Assembly (NCBI GenBank): GCA_016196885.1
Contig: JACPWU010000007.1
Span: 1 to 31,427, forward strand
Reading direction: 5' to 3'
Source: Chlamydiota bacterium
GTDB taxonomy: Bacteria; Auribacterota; JACPWU01
DNA length: 31,427 bases
In this document: positions 8,300 through 13,983 of the stretch, in pieces
How the letters are laid out: each line of letters opens with the position of its first letter
How positions within the stretch are numbered: the stretch's first letter is position 1
Translations under genes and position numbers: made by a program
The notes under the pieces: generated by a model
Told to the model about the DNA's origin: nothing
Seen by the model: only the letters and a program-made list of their open reading frames with translations
Databases searched by the model: none

Positions 8300-8998
8300 G
8301 ACGCTTTAAGATTTATCCAATGAAGCTCTTCACCCTTATGTATGAATGAGGCCAGGCGAACTTGCGCTGACGGTGCAAGGAAAGCTGGCGCGATGGTGTG
8401 TGACGGTTCCAATTCGGAATTGCGTACATTGTCAGGGAGTGCCGGGACGAGGGGGAAGGGGAGGAGCTTTTCCATTTGAAGGACCTCCTGCTTTTTCAAA
8501 GCAGAATTTCTTTTCTCCAAGGGATTTCTCTGCCCAAAAATAGCCTTTCATCTCTGAAATTCTTGCCGTTATTTCTCATCACGGGTCTGAACTATTTAAA
8601 ACTATTCAAAACAAAGCAGTTCGCGACAAGCTTGAGACTTTCGAGAGCCTCAAAAATTATTCCTTTTTTAGAAGAGAGAATTTTCTTTTTAAACCCAGAT
8701 TTTGCAATAGACGCGAGAACCGAGACGCAAGAGCTTGAGCCAGATTGGCCTGAAGAAAACGGAGGCATACTGGTAAACAGTACGTCGAGGCTTTCTGAAG
8801 GTCAAGATGGACAAGATCTTGCGTCGAATTCCGCGGCCTATTGCAAATTCTGGGTTGAACATTCAAGCTGCCGGGCATGAAAGGGATGAAAGACGATGGG
8901 AGAGAAATAAGAAATGATGGTTTGAGACGGGTCTCAAGACCCCTATATCTCGGATGAAAAATTCATTAAAAACACAATCATAATAAGGAAATACTCAA
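8300..8998 (+). promoter_or_regulatory. Long untranslated leader A upstream of OMP1 (module 1 about 8300-8610, module 2 about 8655-8870, 16-nt motif 8870-8885)
   Basis: Module 1 is homologous to 19236-19460 and module 2 to 26390-26770. Substitutions between copies do not follow codon periodicity. Confidence 0.55.
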
Positions 8999-9658
8999 AT
9001 GAAGAAGTTAGTCATGATGGGACTCGTGATGTTGACTTGCAGTTTTGCGGCGGCTGAAGTGGCCGAAGTTGAGAAAGGATTTTATGTTGAAGGTCAGGCT
9101 TCGGCCATGATTCCCACGGAGGATGGCCTGGATACGGGGATCTATGCAAATGGCAGATTGGGGTATTGCCTCAATCATTATATTGCGCTTGAGGTGGAGT
9201 CCGGGTACGCAAATATTAACGAGGATCTGGACGTGGTGGATTATGATCTCATCCCCTTGCTCATCAATGCACGTATTCACCCGATCAAGGGAGAGAAATT
9301 TGATCCTTATCTGATGGGTGGCTTGGGTGTGCTGTTTGTAAATGTTAATGTGGATGAGGAGGCTGCGATTGATGAGGCATCGGCCTTGCTGGGTGTGGAT
9401 TTGAGAGCTTTGAATACGAATGTTTCTGTGGATGCAGATGCCGATGAAGCCTTTGCAGGACAAATCGGAATCGGGGCCCTCTATCATTTCAATGACAACA
9501 TTGCGGCCTTTTTAGAGGTTCGAGGTCTTTTTGCACAGACAAATGTAAATGTGAAAGAAATCGTAACTTCGGATATAGGTAGCAGTGAGACAGAAGTTGA
9601 TACTGAAGTAAAGTTCAATTCGGTTATAGTGGGCGGTGGCTTAAGGATCAAGTTCTAA
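8999..9658 (+). CDS. Small outer-membrane beta-barrel protein (porin/OmpW-like family), paralog 1
   Basis: Signal peptide MKKLVMMGLVMLTCSFAAAE, alternating beta-strand pattern, and C-terminal GGGLRIKF. About four-fifths identical by eye to 24890-25552. Confidence 0.85.
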   Translation: MKKLVMMGLVMLTCSFAAAEVAEVEKGFYVEGQASAMIPTEDGLDTGIYANGRLGYCLNHYIALEVESGYANINEDLDVVDYDLIPLLINARIHPIKGEKFDPYLMGGLGVLFVNVNVDEEAAIDEASALLGVDLRALNTNVSVDADADEAFAGQIGIGALYHFNDNIAAFLEVRGLFAQTNVNVKEIVTSDIGSSETEVDTEVKFNSVIVGGGLRIKF

Positions 9659-9672
9659 GCTTTTTTAACAAA

Positions 9673-9732
9673 AAGCCCCGCCTCATTTAAAAATCGTCAC
9701 ACCCCCGACGTTGGGGCGGGGCTTGATTTTTT
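9673..9732 (+). terminator. Rho-independent terminator with compound stem
   Basis: AAGCCCCGCC (9673-9682) pairs with GGCGGGGCTT (9715-9724). There is an inner CGTC..GACG hairpin, followed by a T-run at 9727-9732. It is conserved at 25578-25638. Confidence 0.7.
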
Positions 9733-9801
9733 GATTAAATAAGAGAGTTGGTAAGGCTTTTCTCATGATGCATATCTTGCCGGGAATGAAAGGGAGTTGT
9801 G

Positions 9802-10419
9802 ATGAAAGGTGTATGGATGTGTTGTGTATTTTTTTTGACCGTGTTCCTGGCGGGGTGTGGGACGGTGACGCATGTTAAGACGGTTCAGGAAGGGGTGGAG
9901 TTGGATGTTAGCGATTGTAGGAAAGTGATGGTTCGTGATTTTGTGGATGGGGCCAGTGAGAAGGCGTCGTCTAAGAAGAGGGAAGAGAAGCAAGAGGTGA
10001 TGAAGCGGGTGGTGAGGGATTTTGCGGATGTGATTGCTCTGGAGATTAAAAAGTTGAATGTGTTTGATGAGGTTTTGAGGGATGGGGTGCTGGATGAGAA
10101 TACTTTGCTGATTGATGGTACAGTGACCCGTTATGAAGCGGGCTCTCCTATGGCGAGGCTTTTGATTGGTTTTGGGGCTGGGAGTTCTTATTTTGATGCG
10201 TGGGTGAATGTGAAGCGAGGGCCGTCGGAAGAGTTGTTGGGAACAGTGAAGGTAGATAAGAACAGCTGGGTGTTGGGTGGTGGGATTGCGGCGACTCAGA
10301 CGCCGGATGATTATATGAAGGCGGCTGCAACGAGAATTGCACAAGATCTTTATAAGGCCAAGACGGGCCAGGAGTGGGTGAGAGAAAGAAAAGTAAGTCA
10401 GAAAGATCAAAAGAAATAG
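9802..10419 (+). CDS. Lipoprotein, DUF4410-like
   Basis: Lipobox FLAGC and an AAGGGAG RBS. The ..RYEAGSPMARLLIGFGAGSSYFDAWV.. pattern resembles DUF4410 from recall. Confidence 0.75.
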   Translation: MKGVWMCCVFFLTVFLAGCGTVTHVKTVQEGVELDVSDCRKVMVRDFVDGASEKASSKKREEKQEVMKRVVRDFADVIALEIKKLNVFDEVLRDGVLDENTLLIDGTVTRYEAGSPMARLLIGFGAGSSYFDAWVNVKRGPSEELLGTVKVDKNSWVLGGGIAATQTPDDYMKAAATRIAQDLYKAKTGQEWVRERKVSQKDQKK

Positions 10420-10440
10420 TAGAGGAAAGAGTTTTATGCA

Positions 10441-10483
10441 CCCTGCTCAATGTGTCGAAAGACCTTGAGCAGGGAATTTTTTT
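10441..10483 (+). terminator. Rho-independent terminator
   Basis: CCCTGCTCAA (10441-10450) pairs with TTGAGCAGGG (10465-10474), followed by AATTTTTTT. Confidence 0.75.
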
Positions 10484-10565
10484 GTGGGATGAAAAACTGG
10501 TTTTGATATTGAATAAAGTGTACCTTCATTTGGAAGAATTCTTCTAATCAAAAAATGGATCATAA

Positions 10566-11336
10566 ATGTTTGTAAAACAGATGATGGCATTAAAAAGTGA
10601 GTGTGTGCTGATGTGCCGAAGGATTCTTTGCCTTGTCCTTCTGTTGGCCGCTTTTTGCAGGACTCTGTCGTGGGGGCAAACCCATTCGATAGAGAAAAGT
10701 CGAGAGACTGTGATTCTCCTCCATGGAATTCTGAATCGTCCTATAATCATGGCAAGGATTGAACGTGCCCTTGAGAGAGAGGGGTATGAGGTGATCAATT
10801 GGGGTTATCCCAGTAGACAGGGTACGATCGAAGAGCATGCTGCTGCATTGAACAAGTTCATAAAGACCCTAGACAATCGTCAGACGCTTCATTTTGTGGG
10901 ATTTAGTCTGGGCAGTATCATTATCCGCTACTACCTGACTCACTATTCTATCAAAAATATGGGTCGCTTTGTCATGATTGCTCCACCGAATCACGGTTCG
11001 GAAAGGGTGGATCGCCTCTATCAGTATCAGTGGTTCAGGTGGCTTTACGGTACAAAGTCTGTGTGGCAACTGAGGGCCAGTAACACCGATTTTTTTAAAG
11101 AGTGTGGGATTCCCCCTGTGGAATTTGGGATTATTGCAGGGAGTCGAGAGAACAGAATCGGTCGGAGCCGGATTTTTCCAGGAGATAATGATGGAACGGT
11201 TTCTGTAGAAAGCACCTGTCTCCCGGAGGCCAAAGACATGCTCAAGCTAAACTATCCGCACACCCTGCTCGTTTTTGCCTCAGAGACAAAAGACTATGTT
11301 GTGAATTTTCTTAAATCAGGGAGATTTCAGAAATAG
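10566..11336 (+). CDS. Secreted alpha/beta-fold hydrolase (esterase/lipase-like); start uncertain (10566, 10584 or 10611)
   Basis: Hydrophobic signal LCLVLLLAAFC. VILLHGIL.. and the nucleophile elbow GFSLGS, then APPNHGS. Confidence 0.8.
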   Translation: MFVKQMMALKSECVLMCRRILCLVLLLAAFCRTLSWGQTHSIEKSRETVILLHGILNRPIIMARIERALEREGYEVINWGYPSRQGTIEEHAAALNKFIKTLDNRQTLHFVGFSLGSIIIRYYLTHYSIKNMGRFVMIAPPNHGSERVDRLYQYQWFRWLYGTKSVWQLRASNTDFFKECGIPPVEFGIIAGSRENRIGRSRIFPGDNDGTVSVESTCLPEAKDMLKLNYPHTLLVFASETKDYVVNFLKSGRFQK

Positions 11337-11433
11337 GATAATGGCTATATACTAAGACGGGTCAGAAGATCAAATGAGTCAAGATTTAGCTATGCTTTGG
11401 CACATAAGTAATCCAAAAGGGTAGGGCTTCAAA

Positions 11434-11661
11434 ATGGAAAACGAGTTAGGGGTTCAGCCGCTTGATGTTGTGATGAGTCAGCTTGGGATTTCTAACAGTG
11501 ATTTAGTGCATGTATCAAAAGAGCAACTGACTTTCAAGATGGTTCGAAAGGGTCGCATGGGTCGCCGGATTACCCCCAATATTCAAAATAAGATTCAAAG
11601 GGCGTTACAAGCCGCGAGCCCCACGAACGCGTTTACGCTTAAGGATCTTTTTAATTATTGA
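11434..11661 (+). CDS. Hypothetical 75-aa protein
   Basis: Clean ORF. Its last ~95 nt are duplicated, with an in-frame stop, at 12949-13048. Confidence 0.5.
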   Translation: MENELGVQPLDVVMSQLGISNSDLVHVSKEQLTFKMVRKGRMGRRITPNIQNKIQRALQAASPTNAFTLKDLFNY

Positions 11662-11721
11662 GGGGGTGGAATAGATTTTCAGATAGGTGTGGTTTTTAAA
11701 ACAACGATTTCAATTTAGTTG

Positions 11722-11949
11722 TTATCTAACCCATGACTTGAAATGATCAGCAATCCATAATTTAATGAGAGATTGCCGTGTAACTCCCAGTTTTCTTGCT
11801 TCTTTGTCCAAAGAGCGAATGATCCAAGTAGGGAAATCGACATTGACTCGATGGTGTTCTTCTTCAGGTCTCCTGGCTTTAGTCAAATCTAGATATTGTG
11901 TAATATCTTCACCCTTGTCGAATTTTTTATCAAAATCTTTAGCTTTCAT
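11722..11949 (-). CDS. brnA: BrnA/CopG-like antitoxin (second copy)
   Basis: MKAKDFDKKFDKGEDITQYLDL..RVNVDFPTWIIRSLDKEARKLGVTRQSLIKLWI is a typical BrnA-family pattern. Confidence 0.8.
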   Translation of the reverse strand: MKAKDFDKKFDKGEDITQYLDLTKARRPEEEHHRVNVDFPTWIIRSLDKEARKLGVTRQSLIKLWIADHFKSWVR

Positions 11950-12055
11950 AGAGTTGTACCTCCTCTTTTCGGGCTCGCCTAACAGAAATGATGCGTACCT
12001 TTAGATCTCGATATGTGATGATAGCAGACCAGTGCTTCTCTTTAATTTTACCGAT
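11939..12055 (-). pseudogene. BrnT toxin remnant (C-terminal ~38 codons only)
   Basis: Reads IGKIKEKHWSAIITYRDLKVRIISVRRARKEEVQLYES-stop and overlaps the brnA start (ATGAAAGCTAA). It has the ..RIISARxAxxxExxxY signature. There is no N-terminal half; a stop codon and then the IR element lie upstream. Confidence 0.6.
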
Positions 12056-12094
12056 TTAGCTCATCTGATCAATGGTTTTGTTGTGTTAGATCGT

Positions 12095-12272
12095 GTATTA
12101 AAAGTGTGTCCTTTTAAAAGGAGGCGGGTCCTGTCCCTCCTCGCCCCCGCTGACGGCATCGGTCTCGGTTTGGTTCTTGAAGAGTCATTTTCAAGTCTCG
12201 ACCTGCTGGCGATCAGCGGGGGACCCCCAGTCGGGCCACCCGCATCAATAAAAGGACACACTTTTAAATACA
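12095..12272. mobile_element. Structured GC-rich inverted-repeat element (MITE-like), non-coding
   Basis: Terminal IRs TTAAAAGTGTGTCCTTTTA (12098-12116) / TAAAAGGACACACTTTTAA (12249-12267). Nested arms CCCCCGCTGA/TCAGCGGGGG and GCGGGT/ACCCGC. ORFs are open on both strands, a palindrome artefact. Confidence 0.6.
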
Positions 12273-12303
12273 GCATCTTGCATTACCCCTAAAAAATAAT
12301 CGA

Positions 12304-12339
12304 TTGACGAGGTAATTTAAAAAGGCTATACATAGTATA
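12304..12339 (+). promoter_or_regulatory. mazEF promoter with overlapping palindromic operator candidate
   Basis: TTGACG (12304-12309), 17-nt spacer, TATACA (12327-12332). The palindrome TATAC-ATA-GTATA spans 12327-12339. Confidence 0.55.
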
Positions 12340-12361
12340 TCCAATTAGGAGTGTGTGTTAT

Positions 12362-12610
12362 ATGGTTACCCGAGTTCAAAAATGGGGAAATAGCCAAGGT
12401 CTTCGTGTGAGCAAAGATGTGCTGGAAAAAGTGCATATCACTATTGGTGATATGGTTGATGTTCGGGTAGAGAAGGGCGGTATTTTTATTCAACCGGTTC
12501 GTCAGCTGCGTGGAAAATACAGTTTGCGAGAACTCGTGCGTCAAATGCCCAAAAATTATAAACCCAGTCTAGAGGTGTGGAGTGAACCGAGTGGGAAGGA
12601 AGTTTGGTGA
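12362..12610 (+). CDS. mazE: MazE/AbrB-type antitoxin
   Basis: MVTRVQKWGNSQGLRVSKDVLEKV.. is a SpoVT/AbrB swapped-hairpin motif. An AGGAG RBS is present, and the stop abuts the mazF ATG. Confidence 0.85.
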   Translation: MVTRVQKWGNSQGLRVSKDVLEKVHITIGDMVDVRVEKGGIFIQPVRQLRGKYSLRELVRQMPKNYKPSLEVWSEPSGKEVW

Positions 12611-12946
12611 ATGTTGAGATATGTACCCTGTAAAGGTGATTTGGTTATATTGACATTTGATCCGCAAGCGGGTCATGAACAAAAAGGACGAAGGCCTGCG
12701 CTGATTGTGAGTAATGACTTATTTAATCAGCGTACTGGTTTTGCCATCGCATGTCCCATTACAAACACAGATCGTAAAATCCCATTTCACGTAAAAATAC
12801 ATCCATCTTCCTCGCTCACGGGTTTCGTGATGGTAGACCAGGTTAAATCCATAGATTATCGAACCAGACAGGTCAAGTACGTTGAACAAGCCCCGATAGA
12901 ATTGTTAGAGGACGTATTAAGTATTTTGGATGCCTGCCTTTTCTAG
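12611..12946 (+). CDS. mazF: MazF/PemK-family endoribonuclease toxin
   Basis: YVPCKGDLVILTFDPQAGHEQKGRRPALIVSND..FAIACPITN..VMVDQVKSID. Classical PemK/MazF. Confidence 0.9.
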   Translation: MLRYVPCKGDLVILTFDPQAGHEQKGRRPALIVSNDLFNQRTGFAIACPITNTDRKIPFHVKIHPSSSLTGFVMVDQVKSIDYRTRQVKYVEQAPIELLEDVLSILDACLF

Positions 12947-12948
12947 CA

Positions 12949-13048
12949 GATTACTCTTACAATATTCAAAATAAGATTCAAAGGGCTCTCTAGGCCACGA
13001 GTCCCACGAACGCATTTATGCTTAAGGATCTTTTTAATTATTGAGGGG
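12949..13048 (+). repeat. Degenerate duplicate of the 3' end of ORF 11434-11661 (gene fragment)
   Basis: Aligns base-for-base with 11568-11665 with roughly a dozen mismatches. It would encode NIQNKIQRAL-stop-ATSPTNAFMLKDLFNY. Confidence 0.75.
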
Positions 13049-13126
13049 AGGGGATGCATCAAGGTTGAAATTTGTGATCTTGATGCAAATTTTATTGTTT
13101 TTGAAAAACATGTATTTTCTTCACAT

Positions 13127-13168
13127 CTGTATGTATATTTCATACAATTGTATGAAATATACATACAG
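13127..13168. repeat. Perfect 42-bp palindrome
   Basis: CTGTATGTATATTTCATACAA|TTGTATGAAATATACATACAG, 21+21 nt with no mismatch. It lies 8 nt upstream of ATG 13176. Confidence 0.95.
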
Positions 13169-13257
13169 TAAAAAGATGAAAAGTATCCTCACCAAAAATC
13201 AATTGCTGCTTCTAAGGATTTTTTACACAAATCCTCGGAAATCCTTTGTTCCTAGAG

Positions 13258-13599
13258 ATGAAGAGTATCGTTTCTAAGAGTGTGGGGATTGAGGCAAGCC
13301 TTACAGGTATTGTCCAAAAAATTAAGGGTTTGGTACTGGCTATTCTCTATGGTTCTTTTGCCAAGGGGACTGAACGTGCACATTCTGACGTTGATCTTCT
13401 GGTGGTTGGAAATTCCTTAGCAGAGGATCGTCTCTTAAGCCAGATTGCTGCTTTGGAGAAGAAGATTCAACGGGAAATCAATTATAAGTTATACAGTGAA
13501 AAAGAATTTAGTCGGCGAATGAGAGAAAAAGATCCCTTCCTTCAAGAACTTCTTTTAAGTAAGCATAGGGTTCTTAAGGGAGATCCCCATGCTTTTTGA
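13258..13599 (+). CDS. Nucleotidyltransferase-domain protein (MNT-like), probably a deletion derivative of a wHTH-NTase gene
   Basis: LAILYGSFAKGTERAHSDVDLLVVG is the NTase GS..D.D motif. A short ORF at 13176-13277 (MKSILTKNQLLLLRIFYTNPRKSF..) looks like the N-terminus of the same family in another frame, with the wHTH middle missing. Confidence 0.65.
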   Translation: MKSIVSKSVGIEASLTGIVQKIKGLVLAILYGSFAKGTERAHSDVDLLVVGNSLAEDRLLSQIAALEKKIQREINYKLYSEKEFSRRMREKDPFLQELLLSKHRVLKGDPHAF

Positions 13600-13890
13600 C
13601 GTATATTTGAAGCAAGGAAAACTCAAACATCAAACACCTCATTTTAAACAGATCGAGAAACAGATTCGTTGTGCGAGATGCGATTTGGCAACCGCTAAAC
13701 GTTTGATCAAGGAAGATTCAGATGGATTATGACAATCAATACCGTTCTCTCAAAGATATTTACCGCTTGGATTTTGTAGGTCCTTGAGGCTATCACAAAT
13801 TTTCACACAGATTTGAACAGATTTTTCGTGACAAAGGCTTATTTAGCTGATATCCTCAAAGATGTTTTGGTGGTGCATAGGGTTTTTGAC
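13589..13890 (+). pseudogene. HEPN-domain partner of the NTase, decayed by stops and frameshifts
   Basis: ATG 13589 overlaps the NTase stop. It reads ..IRCARCDLATAKRLIKEDSDGL-stop after 47 codons. HEPN-like continuations (WIMTINTVLSKIFTAWIL.., ..SHRFEQIFRDKGL..) occur in other frames. Confidence 0.5.
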
Positions 13891-13983
13891 TGAATATAAG
13901 GAAAAGGGAAAGAGGGTTTTTTGGGAACACAGAAGGAGGCAATATCGGCCTTTAAGTGAGTGGGGGGAGAAGGGATATGTTCC

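Noticed and set aside
8441-8470. CCGGGACGAGG.. resembles the start of the guanidine-III (ykkC-III) riboswitch. It also occurs at 19287-19315.
   Set aside because: The pseudoknot partner (CCCGG..CAGGACAA.ACGG) is absent or not conserved between the copies. The downstream genes are unrelated to guanidine handling.
8266-8640. The leader A/B pair as a diversity-generating retroelement template/variable repeat pair.
   Set aside because: The differences are not adenine-specific. Neither copy lies in a coding 3' end, and no reverse transcriptase is nearby.
8821-8832. A tmRNA-like 5' signature: the reverse complement GGAATTCGACGC resembles GGAUUCGACG. It also occurs at 26718-26729.
   Set aside because: There is no GGGG acceptor start, no T-arm/CCA 3' end and no plausible ..ALAA tag frame. 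The block is present twice, whereas tmRNA is single-copy.
8476-8880. ORF 8476-8880 (134 aa) and its counterpart 19275-19529 (84 aa) as a conserved protein.
   Set aside because: The shared stretch differs only at codon positions 1 and 2, and every change is non-synonymous. The starts are not conserved, and the A and B ORFs diverge completely outside the nucleotide-conserved core.
9763-10410. 215-aa minus-strand ORF opposite the lipoprotein gene. Similar antisense ORFs lie at 9008-9487, 10148-10450, 15487-15786 and 23222-23778.
   Set aside because: Their translations are low-complexity (H/P/L/R-rich) with no signal or family features. The plus-strand genes have RBS, signal peptide or lipobox, and family signatures.
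12032-12292. ORFs on both strands across 12032-12292.
   Set aside because: These are mirror ORFs created by the inverted-repeat element. Their Gly/Pro/Arg-rich translations are typical of palindromic repeats.
13127-13168. The palindrome as an integron attC site.
   Set aside because: attC sites are imperfect, with extrahelical bases and R/L boxes (GTTRRRY). This one is perfect and AT-rich, and no intI is present.
12943-13277. ORFs 12943-13164 (-) and 13041-13277 (+), both starting MYISYNCMKYTY.
   Set aside because: The identical N-termini on opposite strands are a by-product of the perfect 42-bp palindrome. Only the 13176-13277 part looks like a gene fragment.
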